Source: Trichosphaerium sp. ATCC 40318 (lineage: Eukaryota; Protista; Tubulinea). Taken from it: a DNA stretch of 64,000 bases. Positions 1 through 12,134 of this stretch are shown piece by piece. Under the pieces are notes generated by a model. It saw only the letters and a list, made by a program, of their open reading frames with translations. It was not told where the DNA came from and did no database searches. The DNA lies in contig JALMLS010000520.1 of the NCBI GenBank assembly GCA_038496445.1, forward strand, positions 186,001-250,000. Direction: 5' to 3'. Position 1 is the stretch's first letter. Each line of letters starts with the position of its first letter. Made by a program: the position numbers and the translations under genes.

Positions 1-251
1 CACATGGCGTTTCCGCCCTGGCCAATATTGAATTGCATTTGATTTACAACCACTCCACCGGGCATATTGGCGCCATTGTGAAGGTTTGTGTGTAAGTATT
101 GTACAAAAGTGTTAATATTTGGTTGTTGATTAGCAGGTTGTTGTTCCGGCCGTTCAACCTCCTCTATAAATTCGCTGGCGCAAAATCGGCATCTTAAACC
201 GTCTGTATTGTTTGGTATTGCGTCCCTTTCACACTCATGGCAGTAATACAT
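1..251 (-). CDS. RNF115/RNF126-like E3 ubiquitin ligase, N-terminal part (runs off window)
   Basis: Minus strand from ATG 251 reads MYYCHECERDAIPNNTDGLRCRFCASEFIEEV, the CxxC...CxxC...FIEE zinc ribbon of the RNF115/126 family. The RING would lie outside the window. Confidence 0.75.
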   Translation of the reverse strand, partial: MYYCHECERDAIPNNTDGLRCRFCASEFIEEVERPEQQPANQQPNINTFVQYLHTNLHNGANMPGGVVVNQMQFNIGQGGNAM

Positions 252-509
252 TTAAATAAAATACACAGGGTTGTTTGCCACGTAATCCGTAATCAATAAA
301 CACGGGAAGAATAGCTGAGACTATTGTTAACTTAAACGTCACGTTGCAAAATGCAAGTTAGCTGTTTGGCTGCTCTAGCGGAAGAACGTAACTACACAAC
401 GTCCATGTACTGGTTAATTGGTGTAATCAAATAAGAGACTGGGTTTTTAGAGTTAGTCTTGATTTAGTCAAAATGATTTGTTGGTTGAGGTTTGTTTTTT
501 ATTCTCACC

Positions 510-2157
510 ATGTTACGCATCTCTACCATCGCCCGTCAAACTTCCAAGCCTGCACGCCGTCAAGCCCGCCATTATTCTTCAGGTTACATTTTCTACGCAG
601 TACTCGTTACTTACAATGCTTTAGAGCCAAGTAAAGTCGGTTTTATCGGTCTTGGCCAAATGGGCGCTAGAATGGCTGCCAATTTGCTAAAGAAAGGCAA
701 GAGCGTTGTAGTACGTTATTACACCTCGCAAAACTTTCCAAAATATTAACTGCTTAATACAGGGTTACGATATTAACGCACAAGCGCTTGAAGGATTAAA
801 AGAACACGGTACCGAACTCTCCAACGCTAAAAGTCTTTTTTTTTTAATTCCATTCAAACTTGGCCATACTTTGACGCCTATTTCGCCTGTAATGGCACCA
901 ACAAATTAGTGTAGCACACGCCATTAATTTACGCCGCTTTAGCGAGTTTTTTACGCATCTGTTTGCTTCATAACCGATTTTTATGAAAAAATATTAATCT
1001 ATTCTCTAGGAGGCACAGCTGCATCATCCCTTCGCGATTTTGCTGATTGTGATATTGTTGTTACAATGTTAACATCTAGTCCACATGTTAAAGCAGTTTA
1101 TTTGGAATCTGAAGATGCTCTTGTAAAAGTCCTCAAAAACAAAGCTTTGCTCATTGATGCTTCCACAATAGACCCTGGAGTAGCAAGAGCTGTTCATACA
1201 GCCATGGCAGATAAGGTACGACATTATTTCATTCACGTGTTGATATCAAGTCAACGTTACTCCCACATGCGCCTATGTGATACGTTTGTAAATGTAACGT
1301 GTCAAACAAGGAGAAATGACATTTTGTTTTCGATGCAAGATTTCCTTTTAAGTTTTAAGCTTTTGTGTTTATGTGTTGCCACTAGGGACACAAAATGGTT
1401 GACGCACCTGTTTCTGGTGGTGTACTAGGCGCAGAGAGTGGTACTTTGACGTTCATGTGTGGCGCACAAGATGCTGCTTTTGATCAAGCGAAACCAATCC
1501 TTGAACTTATGGGTAAAAATATTGTACACACAGGTGGTCCAGGAAACGGTCAAGGTACGTTCCTAGGGTTCTATATTGAAAGATTAGATAAATATTAACT
1601 TGACCTTTTTTTTATAGTGGCTAAAGTATGTAACAACTTGGCACTTGGTATTGAGATGGCTGGTATTGCTGAGGCAATGAACTTGGGTATAAAGCTTGGT
1701 ATGGATGCTAAGACGCTTGCTGGTATTTTCAATACATCATCAGCAAGATGCTGGAGTTCTGATACATACAACCCTGTACCAGGTGTTATTGATGTACGTC
1801 TCTAAACCTTTTTTTTTTTTCAAATTTATTTTTGTTGCTTCTTTGTTTGTTTTGAGCTTCTAGTGGCTGACGTTAATGAAATCAGGGTGTTCCAGCCAAT
1901 AAAGACTATGCTGGAGGTTTCGCTTCAAAGCTAATGGCAAAAGATCTTGGACTTGCAAACTCTGCTGCTAATGATAGTCAAGTACCTCTACCACTTGGTG
2001 GACAAGCACTACAAGTACGTAGAAGTTTAGGTGGGACAATTGATAAGTTACTCTCTAACGTTATTCGTTTCTTTAGGTTTATAACTTGCTCTCGAGCAAA
2101 GGATACGCCAACAAGGATTTTGGCTCTGTATATGACTTTCTATCTAAAACTGAATAA
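510..2157 (+). CDS. HIBADH: 3-hydroxyisobutyrate dehydrogenase, mitochondrial (multi-exon)
   Basis: Arg-rich presequence, [65 protein letters not shown]; last exon ends [14 protein letters not shown]. Confidence 0.95.
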
Positions 2158-2314
2158 ACAAGCTCCTATTTTTGATCCAACGAAGCCTTTGGTTGCCCCT
2201 TACGTGTTGACCACAATGTCCACGATTCACATTCGCCGATGGGTTTTGTTTTTACCGTAAAACGCTTAAAAGAAAGCAACTCGTCCGAACTTCTGTGTTT
2301 ATACTGGCTACGCA

Positions 2315-4305
2315 ATGCCTACGTTAGACTCTACGGATCATCCTACTATCCAGAATGCTGTTGGCAGCAACTTTACTGTACGGCTACTGGTTTGCTTGTT
2401 ATACTCTTATGTGACTCTCGTTTAGATCCACACTTCCTCTGTTGGTACGTTGCCTTGGAACATGACAAATTAACTGCAAACCGCTTTTTGTCTCCGAGAA
2501 CGACCCTGAACATTTCCTTCTTCGTCTACGTGTAAATAGGCCGTTTTATCTCATTTTAATCGTAGCGCGCTTGTATAAGAGCAATCCACCAGGAAAATGG
2601 GGATTCAGTGGGTTAGTTGGCGCTGTAACAGTTGGTAAGATGATTTGGGTGTTCGTTTGCATTTTTTTAACCCTTCTCGTAGTTACAAACAAACAAAACG
2701 CTTCCCACTATATCAAGTTGGTCAGCTTAACTGTACGTTATTTTAAAACCCAAAAAACGACACGTGAAAACAGAGAAACTGTGAAAGAAAAAAAAAAACT
2801 AACCAAAACGACGCAGAGTTTTCTTTCTTTTCTATTTTTTTTTTTTTCAAAATCACGTGCGCTGGTTACGTTTATTTTATGCTGTTGCTGTTAATTTGAT
2901 GCGATTGGTTGTTTTACAAGAGAAATTAGGCCACCAGCTCGCGTACTCCTTGTGTACTACAAGGTGTAGTGTAATGTAGCATGTTGGTTGTTTTTACGTT
3001 TATTTTTTTATTCAAATGCACTTGAGAACCTCCTGGTGATGTTTTCTCCTCTTTTATGCTTAACAAGTTCTTCTAGGATAATAGAGTCGTGTTCTCTCAA
3101 GAGATGTACAGTGGTTTTATTTATACTTCCGCTGCCGCTTTTTTCCACGTGTTCGAAACCGACGGTTGGGTAGCTGGCTTGTACGTGTTTTTTGGTTGTT
3201 CTTTTGGTTTGTAGACTTTCTTACACGCTAATTAATAGTTCTTTTGCGGATGCTGGTGAAGCTGCTGTTTTTCTTGAAAAAGTATCGTTTTGCAAGACCA
3301 TGATCGGGTTACCTACACCTAAAGGTGGTAAGAAAGGAAAGAAGGGTAGCAAGAAAGCAAGTAAAAAGGTACACGATTTTTGTTTGACTTTTTCTTCCTT
3401 TAGTTTCTATACCTTGAACTCCATCACGTGTTTAAAAATTGACCATTTGTTTATAGGCAAGTAAAGGCAAAAAAACGAAGAAAAAGGGTGGTTGGTTTAG
3501 TAAAAAAGATAAGAAAAAGGGAGGCAAGAAGGGTGCCGGATCTTTCTCACTTTCGGGACCACAAGTACGTTTTCTAACTCAATTTCTCTTGCAGTTTGTT
3601 TTAATCTTACATCAAAATCTTAGAACTTCAGACATGTTTCTCATGCAGGTTGGGACTCAGGAAAGGGTGTGTTCGAGATTAGGAACTTACCAGCAGAATG
3701 GAGAGAATGGTTCAACGTGCGTTTATTTTCTAAAGCAGTACAACGATACTTCGTTTCGTAACTAATAACTATTCCTTAGCAAGCTGGTATCAAAGATGAA
3801 GAACTCGAGAACCCAGAAATTGCAGGAGAAATCCACAAGATCCTTCTTGAAGGAGAAGGTGGTGGTCCTCCAGCAGCATCAGCGCCTCCACCAGCACCTC
3901 CTGGGTGCGTTATTTTCTTAGCTTTTTTCCCCATTATTGCAACCCTCTTCTAATGACCTATTCAGCCCAGCAGCGCCAGCCCCACCTCCACCTCCGCCAG
4001 CACCAGGAGCACCACCTCCACCAGGCTCTCCAGGACCACCAGGAGGAGCTCCACCAAAAGGCGCAGGAGCACCTCCACCGCCACCAACGTCTAACAGTGG
4101 CGGCGGCGGTGGCTTCCTTGCAGGTATTGCAGGCGGTGCTGCTACTTTGAAGGCTGTCTCTGATGCACCTCCACGCCCTCCTGTTCAGCAATCTGGTGGC
4201 GATGATATTGTATCCAGGCTACAAAATAGGATTTGTCAGTTGCGTGGTGCTATGGATTCCGATGAAGAAGAATCTTCAGGATCATGGGGATCAGACTCGG
4301 ATTAG
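2315..4305 (+). CDS. WASP: WASP family actin nucleation-promoting factor (WH1-basic-CRIB-polyPro-VCA)
   Basis: Spliced WH1 (ARLYKSNPPGKWGFSGLVGAV...FFHVFETDGWVAGL...FADAGEA), Lys-rich region, CRIB (LSGPQNFRHVSHAGWD), poly-proline, WH2 (FLAGIAGGAATLKAV), acidic tail with Trp (EEESSGSWGSDSD*). Confidence 0.92.
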
Positions 4306-4808
4306 ATTCTTTACTCATCGCAGGGTGACCCATAACTTTATCACCTCATATTATCATTCATATTTCTTAATAAAACCTTACAGCTGTATTGTTGTAAACA
4401 AGCGTTGGTTAATCTTTGCGATTCCTCTTTCTGTTCTAAAACAAAAACCATCTTCTGAAACTGCCTCTTGTAACCACAGTTTTAGAAGCTTTTCTTTCAG
4501 TACACATGGTTTACACCTCTACTTGGGTTATGATTGGTTCCACTCACCCTCTATCTAAATTTATGCCGTTAAGTACTTACTAAAGAAACTCACGTGCAAA
4601 CAAAGGAATTATAGAGTTGGTAAAAAAGCCGAATAAATGTTTAGTTGTTAACCGTTTGTATTTTATCGTTCGCTTGATCGAGATGCAAATATCTCTTTCA
4701 GCGCTAAATGAAGTTACTGACAACTACTTGTAAATGAAGATGTTTATTGCAAACTAGATTGTAATGTGTACTAATCAGCAGTTTTACAATATTTTGTAGT
4801 GAGTAAAA

Positions 4809-5183
4809 ATGTCGACACAGATACTCTTATTCACCATGTTGACTTTGTTAATTGGTGCGTGTAGACTTCTTAACAACCTACAAAGGTGGTTAATCCTATT
4901 CCACTAAACAAGTACGGCTCGGCACCTAGTCAACGACTACAATAATTTGTATACCATTTTCAAAGGTTCAATCACCAACGAGCACCATCAATTCATTCGC
5001 AATAATTCAGATGAATAGACTGCACTTGACAACGCCTTGAGCCCAACTTCTACCGTGACGACCGCATTGCCAACAACGTCTCCTACTACTTTACCTCAAA
5101 CTGCAATGGTCCAAACTAGTGTCATGATACCACTCCTCGCTGTTCACACGTTGTTAAGTATTCATTTACACCTAAAGTGGTAG
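4809..5183 (+). pseudogene. possible disrupted gene for a small secreted Thr-rich protein
   Basis: Signal-peptide-like MSTQILLFTMLTLLI followed by a GT donor; downstream frame has a Thr/Pro-rich stretch and hydrophobic tail but an in-frame TAG at 5016. Confidence 0.25.
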
Positions 5184-5232
5184 CTATGTGTACCTTTTGG
5201 ATTAGTTGATCAGCCGTTTTGTTGCAAAAGAA

Positions 5233-5292
5233 CATGAATATTAGTGAATATTATCTATATTCATATTATTCATTCATAACGGAAGAACATTA
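5233..5292 (-). repeat. dispersed ~60 bp repeat, inverted copy of 63926-63989
   Basis: Reverse complement TAATGTTCTTCCGTTATGAATGAATAATATGAAT...TATTCATG matches TAATGCCCTTCCGTTACGAATGAATAATATGAAT...TATTCATG at 63926. Confidence 0.7.
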
Positions 5293-5476
5293 CTCTATGT
5301 TGCGCCAGAAACAGTGTGTTAAGATAAGCACAGTTTCTGGTATGTCTACAAAAAAGTAGGTTCGTTAAATAAACGGGCCGAAAAACTACTCACGTAGCTA
5401 AAGAACAACACAGTTTAGTTTTGTGTTGTTTGTTCAATGAATCAACTCGGTTACTTAAAGTTCTATATATACCATT

Positions 5477-6743
5477 ATGGCAGCAAATAAATCGCGTGTT
5501 GATATCTTCAATGGTACTGTTTTGAATTATTACGTACTTTAGACGCTATTTGTAGCGCTGTAGAGCAATCTGTCGCTTTTTTCTGTTGTTTGGCCGTTTT
5601 AATTGTCTTATACAGCGCTACCATACGAGATGTTCTTAGATATTCTGTCTTTCGTGCCTATAAACAATCTTGGCATTCTAGCCACCGTTTCCAAACGGTG
5701 GTGCATTCCAACGTCTGATGACAGTATTTGGCGCCCACACTGTACATGTACGACCCTTTTTGCATTATTTTATCTAAACTCGGGTATTAGTGCCTATTGA
5801 CGCGTCTGTTGATGGATGGAAAGCTTGGTACAAAGTGCTGGTACCTTTTTATTCGTCTATCATTGATTTTCGGCTAAATCCTTTACGAAGACTCAACATG
5901 AGTTTGACACCTCAATAAACGCAGATCGCTTGATATTTGGAAGACCTAAGCGATGTCTAACCATTCGCAAAAATGATGATCAATATGATGCAACTGTCGC
6001 TATTGTAAAGCCTGTCATGAGATCAGGGCATAGTTATATTGAGTTTTATACTGCCACAGTACAAGATGAAATGTGGGTTGGTATTACAAATGATAGCAAT
6101 AAGCTTCAAAAGGTGAATCAAAAACAAATGTTTATCGTTTGATATTGTGTTTAATTCGATTTGGTGAATCAAAAACAGAAGAAAACGAAATCGAGTTTTT
6201 GTGCTTCTTTTTAACCACATCACGTGATGTCCTTTATTTAAATATCCTTTACTTACTCGATCAAGATTTTAGGCTGGGATCTAGTAAAACATCCAAACAC
6301 TATAACATTTGTCAGCAAGTTCGTCTCAATGGAAAAAGAACTGCAATGCCTGTGATACTGATTTTTTTTTCTAGTTCCTACAGAGCCACTTTTGAATGTA
6401 TGGGAGAAGCTTTTGAAGAGCCTTTTGATGAAAGATCAGTACCAGAGTATGGAAGTTTCGACAAAATAGGAGTACTTGCAGACTTAGATAGAAGAGAAGT
6501 AGTATTTTACCTCAATGGAACCTCGGTTGGTATGCCAATCTAACTACCCTTATAATATATTTTGATATTAATATGTTTGTTATCATCTCAGGAGTAGTTT
6601 CTATGCCAAAAAAGAAACAAGATGAAGAATGGAATTTCTTTACAATGACAGATGCTAAAGATGATTGTGTACAAATTATGAGCCCTCCAGGACCTAGAAT
6701 GAATACCAATACAACTGTATGGAAACCAAAAGCAATTGAATAA
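5477..6743 (+). CDS. F-box + SPRY-like domain protein (multi-exon)
   Basis: F-box ALPYEMFLDILSFV...LATVSKRW...DDSIWR; SPRY-like SGHSYIEF...MWVGIT...DKIGVLADLDRREVVFYLNG. Confidence 0.8.
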
Positions 6744-6869
6744 TAAACCACAGTGTACTGCATTATAGATCTAACCCATGTTTTATGTACTTCATTGCTC
6801 TGCCTTGAATTGCCAAAAACTCGAAGTCATTGTAAACAATTCAATGAAACACCGCATTACTCTTCTACG

Positions 6870-7103
6870 CCTCGCGTAATCACCCTGTCTTACTGTAACA
6901 AGCGATACAAGAACTAGAAGTACGATCAAGAGAATAGTTGTTTAATCATGTTTGGTTAACCTTGAAAGCCTCAGACTTCATTATGTCTTTAAGATTACAA
7001 CCAACCATATTTTGGGCAACAACACCTCGCGTGACTACCCTGTCTTACTGTAACAAGCGATACAAGAACTAGAAGTACGATCAAGAGAATAGTTGTTTTC
7101 ATC
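6870..7103. repeat. ~80 bp direct repeat, two copies (6870-6950, 7025-7103)
   Basis: CCTCGCGT...CCCTGTCTTACTGTAACAAGCGATACAAGAACTAGAAGTACGATCAAGAGAATAGTTGTTT occurs twice, 155 bp apart. Confidence 0.9.
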
Positions 7104-7356
7104 ATCGTTTGAGGAGATCTGCTGCATGTGAGAATTTGCGTGATATGTTTACCATATTCAAGCCATTGCACTTAATGTACGAGGTACAGTGGGACGAATA
7201 CTTTCTTGTTGTTACCAGGACTGTCTATAACTTGAACAAATACGAACATGATTGTAACCCATGCATAATAGCTATCCACGTGGACTCAAAAATGAACAAG
7301 TCAAAGACTGTCTTTGATTAAGTCGAAAACTGTTTGAGAGCCTTGATAACACTCCA

Positions 7357-8063
7357 ATGACTACAACCAATGAGGTACATATTGTAACACGCTATAAAAA
7401 GCTATTACTCTGTAAATACAGTTGACAACTTCTAAAACGCAGTGCTTTTTATTTCGGCTACCAGTCGAACTATTGCGGGATATTATAGATTTAAGCCCTG
7501 TAATTTATATAATGTGGCCAGAATTATGCAAAAAATCAGCGCTAGTAAGTGGTCGGTTTGATTCTGAGTTCAACAAACACAATAAATGGATATCTTGGAG
7601 TAAGTACATTACCTCGCCTAAAACTCAAAAGGATGGCTATGAAATTAGACGTGAGAGCTATTGGAAGAATGGTCTGCGTCATGGGGAGTGTAAACGATGG
7701 CGTTGGGGTAAATTAATGGAAGAGGTTTGCTATAGTAATGGGATAAAGGAAGGTGAATATACAGCATTTTTTGCGAATGGTAACTTGAAGTGTGTTTGTT
7801 TCTATGTCGATGGTAAGATTGATGGCGAGTATAAACATTGGCACAAGAATGGTAATATTAGAGAAGAGTATGTTTCTGTTTGTGGAAAGAGAGAAGGACA
7901 GCACAAGACGTGGTATCCAGAAGGTACATTGAAGTTTATTTGCGATTACAAGGATGGTAAGAAAGATGGAGAATTGAAAGAGTTTGATTCAGTTGGCCGG
8001 ATGCACGTGATGAAATATGTTGAGGGCTTTAAAACACAAAACGAAAAGTGTTGTCAAATGTAA
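7357..8063 (+). CDS. F-box-like + MORN-variant (YwqK-type) repeat protein
   Basis: Short exon MTTTNE, intron, then LFRLPVELLRDII (F-box-like) and about 5 repeats of type WHKNGNIREE...GKREG. Confidence 0.8.
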
Positions 8064-8160
8064 AGAAACTACTTGGGTATTAGATGATTAGTTGTTACAA
8101 AGGTGCTAGGTTAGTTAACGTGCACGTGTTCATAGTTCTATTTCAATCAGATCTTCTGAA

Positions 8161-8440
8161 CACTGTCAAGCTTTTGGGGCCATAGTTTTTTCCGAAAACA
8201 AAAATTCGAAAAAATAGAATTCGTAGAAAGATGCATAGCTAGGGCAGTCCACTAAACTAGAAAGCGCCTGGTTCACTTACGGTCGGGTCCTCGCTGTGCT
8301 CGGAACTAGAACCCGACCTTCGCTCACATATAGTGATCCATTGGTGGGTATAGGCATTCGGTTTTTGTATCGAATTCTATTTTTTCGAATTTTTTCTTTC
8401 GAAAAATTCGGAAAAAACGTGGGTACGAAGCTTTTACTGC
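8161..8440. mobile_element. MITE-like element with subterminal inverted repeats
   Basis: Perfect 24-bp IR AAAAATTCGAAAAAATAGAATTCG (8200-8223) / 8371-8394, extended imperfectly to AAGCTT at 8168 and 8428; internal hairpin GGTCGGGT...ACCCGACC; no coding capacity. Confidence 0.6.
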
Positions 8441-8598
8441 ATTCTCTCTGAAAGGCGTTGGCAATCAAGAGGAGCACTCGAAATTTGATTGTTGTATATT
8501 CTCTGTAATTAATAAACGCCTTGCTCCAGTTGAATGGGCTTAATGAGAAATTTGGATAAAATTAGTATCAGTTTTCGGCACAAGCGTGAGGTGCTGGT

Positions 8599-9993
8599 AT
8601 GGGCAATAAACAATCAATTGCTAAAGGGAGCACAACAAGTTCACTACTACTACAGCTGCCAAACGAAGTACTGGCTAGTATATTAATGCAGTGTGAGGTG
8701 AAACAGCTTAGTTCGACAATGCTTGTTAGTAAACACCTCAACGAGCTTGCAAACTATGTGGCAAAGCAAAAGGTGCGTATTGCGGTTGTGTTAACTTTGG
8801 GTCAACGCTTTTGGGCGATTAACTTGATTTAACTGCTGTTGAACCTAATTTTGGGTAGATACTGATAAAGAAACGCGAGAATACAGAAATCAAAGTTTGT
8901 TTTTTAGGAAGTGGAGGTACAGCCATCAAAAACCCTTGTGAAAATGACTAGTATTTAAACTACATATTCTTAGTGACTTTTTTGTAATAACTGGAAATCC
9001 AACTGCAAAGCCACGTGATTTCGAAAAGCACTTTTTTTTTTCACCATGTACGTACTGTCTTTTTTACATTTTGTTAGGTACAGGGAACAAGTCTGCGTTT
9101 ATTATACAATTTGTTGCCAATACATTTGCACGTGCATCTCGAATTATGTTATGTTATTCTAAATAGTTTATATAGCTAACTGAATATGACCCAACAATTG
9201 AAGACGTACGTTTTATTACTTTACGCCAGTGTCTTCGGCTAAAAAGATTGAACTTTTTTTTTATGCATCTTTAATTTCTTTGTCTGCCTATCGATTGGCT
9301 TCAGGTTTTTAACAACTTTGTAGTCTTACAGGTACAGTGGTGTAGTGGTAAACTGATTGAGTTGTTGACTTGAGTTTACTACTGAAGAAAGCACTTTGTG
9401 GTTGATGATATTGCTGTTATGTTTGATATTTTGGATACAGCAGGTCAAGAAGAGGTATATAAAGTGTTGTATTACAGCCTAATTTTTTTTTAGTTTAGTA
9501 GCATGAGATTACAATGGATTCTAGATTGCGAGTGTTTTGTTATAGGTTATTCTATAACAGGTATGGTTACGTTTAATGAATGCAAAAACGACTTGATCCC
9601 TCTTGTGTTGAGAATCAAAGACGTCAAAAACTTTGACAAGGTAACTCCATAATCAACTTAGTACTTACTACATCTGTACTTAACATAAAACTGAGATACC
9701 TGCAGTATTTATAGGAAACAAATGTGACCTGGAAAATAACCGAGAGGTTGACTATGCTGAAGGAAAAGGTAGCAAAACGCGCAGTAATATGTGAACTTCA
9801 AACTAAAACTTAACCTTTAGCGTTGGCTGATGAGTATGGTATACCGTTTTTTGAAACTTCAGCTAAGGATAGAATCAACATCGATGAGGTTATGATATGC
9901 GTTGCAAGAGAGTACTGGAAAAAGATGTTCAAAGAAGAACAAAAGCCAAAGAAAAAAAAGAAAAAAAAGTGGAAGAAGAGTTTGAAAAAGTAG
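8599..9993 (+). CDS. F-box - Ras-family GTPase fusion protein (multi-exon)
   Basis: Exon 1 MGNKQS...LLQLPNEVLASILMQC...LVSKHLNELA (F-box); spliced Ras domain IKVCFLGSGGTGNKS, TEYDPTIEDSYRK, DILDTAGQEEFSSMR, FIGNKCDL, FFETSAK; poly-Lys C-terminus. Confidence 0.85.
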
Positions 9994-10496
9994 TGCGTCA
10001 CTGCAACTATATCGCCATGTACTTATGTAAACCATTCTTGAAAGTGCCTGTGTTACTCACTGTAGTAAGCACCAGTTAATTTTGTACGACCAACTATCCT
10101 TTTTCATTGTGGGTTCCAAAAGCTGTCCATGACTAGTGACTATTACATCAATACTCAAGAGTCCAGTTAAAACTTGTTTCAACACAATCCTCATAGAAAG
10201 TTTGTCGATAGTAAAAAAGGGCTTCCTTGACAAAAGAGTATCCGCCTTGGCTTCTGCAAATTAACAGGTGATTTGAGCTGTATGGCACAGTCACATTTAC
10301 TATGTTGATACCATGCAATAACAAGTACATAAACTCTGTTCTTCCTGATTCTCTAGTGGCCAATCTCCCTACGTTATAGTCTCGCAATAAACGGGCAACA
10401 AGAAAAGTCTAGAAAGGTCAACAGAAAGTAACATTGTAGCCGAAGATACTGTGTTTGAACTTTTATTATAACAGAGGTTAACGTAAAAAGTTCCAC

Positions 10497-11317
10497 CTAT
10501 GAATGTTCTTTATAGATTATTCCCAATGACTCCACAAAGTCTTTTGTAAAACCATCCATTTCATGCACTGTAAGTGATTTCAGAGATTGTAAGTGTTTCA
10601 AACAATCCTGTTTAAACCCATGACAACGCACCACAGTTAGTTGTTCTAGGTTTGTTAAGCACTCAAAGTCAATATCTTTTGTATCACAACAAGATAAGTA
10701 TAAGTGTCTGACATTGGTCAAAGCTTTGATCCCTTCTTGCATTGATTGTCCAAAATAAAGTTCAACTGTATGGACATTACCAAGTTGCTCAAGCCATTCA
10801 TTCTTTGGAAAACTAAGGCTTATTGTATGAACATCTTTTAATGCCTTTAATCCTTCTATTGTAATAAAAGGACATCCAAAAATGTTGATTGTGTGAATAC
10901 CCTTGAGTGCCTTTAAAGAAACATCTGTTATGTTTGAGTTGTGCAAGTCAATGTGCTGAAATGTTTTTACTTCTTTTAGTAATGCAAATACACTTTCATC
11001 TGTAGCTCTAACTGGGCCCAAGCTGATGCTTTGAACTCCATAAAGACATGACAAGTTATCTTGAAGCGATGGACAAAAACGAAAACCAATCATTGTGTTT
11101 TCAAGCAAAGGACTTCCCTTGAGAACAATGCAGTCTGAGGTTCTTTCAAAAATATTTGATTGAAGCCAAGATTGTGTCGAATGATATCGTTGAACACGTG
11201 AGAGACTGTAGAAGCTAAAATACGTTGTTTTCTGTTTAAATAACGTAAAATATCAGTAAGTGTCTCTGGCGGAAGCTGACAAACTGAAGTCTTTGATTTC
11301 TGTTGGTTTGTTGCCAT
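10497..11317 (-). pseudogene. F-box + LRR gene with a 1-nt frameshift near 11138 (pseudogene or assembly error)
   Basis: ORF 11317-11090 (F-box QLPPETLTDIL...RHNLGFNQIFLKEP) and ORF 11108-10497 (GIHTINI/VHTISL LRRs) join as LKEP/SDCIVLKGSPLLENTM, collinear with LKQYQDILKIRQYEGIMKNT in the paralog at 54772. Confidence 0.75.
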
Positions 11318-12134
11318 ATTAACAATACGCTCTACTTGAGCTCAGCATCAAGTTAAGATATACGAGATTGAGAAATATGTAAGAGTTCATGAGGAGTTCG
11401 TGAGAACCCTCGTTAAGTCATATCAAGTCTAGATTAATAAACAGATTTCTCACAGTTTACTTGTGTTCACACCACTTAAGAATAGTACTGCGTCTATTCA
11501 TAACAATAATAAGGCTACAAGAAGGAATGTACGTTTCTAAAGATATTAAAAAGTAGTAGGCTTCAGCAAGATATTTCACTGAATCTCAGAGTCTCACTGA
11601 GTCGCTAAGAAGTCGACGTTAACCGGCAATCAGAACCTAGCCGTTAACTAGTTTGTAACCAGAAAACTAGGACCTTTAACACCCGCCGGACCACCTCTCA
11701 ACATGCTTCAATGTATTGCAGTAAATCAAATGTACTAGGCTCATCAGCTTAGATGGATTATTGAAAGCAAATTAGATCAGGAATACTGTAAAAAAACGGT
11801 TCTCCAAACGTTTTCTGGTCCAACCAAAATAGTTTATCGGCACTGTTATAGCATGGCTTGTTTTTCCTCATTGTGAAACGATGTAAATGTCAGTATTACC
11901 AACATGGTGTATTCAATCATTGATTGTAATTGAGTTTGTTTTTTTTGTGATGTATGTAAAGGTAGTATAGTATTGGTAACGATTGAGTTGATCTACAAGT
12001 TATCTAAACATTAGTAGCTGGAATAACAATCATTTAAAAAAATATCGTGAATTTACTAAGTAGGTAATGAACTACATGTTTCACGTGTCATTTAACATAC
12101 GAAATCAATACATCTTTTCTTTTATTTATTTTTT

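Noticed and set aside
6870-7103. CRISPR-like or LTR pair
   Set aside because: Only two 80-bp copies, no TG...CA ends, no internal coding sequence.
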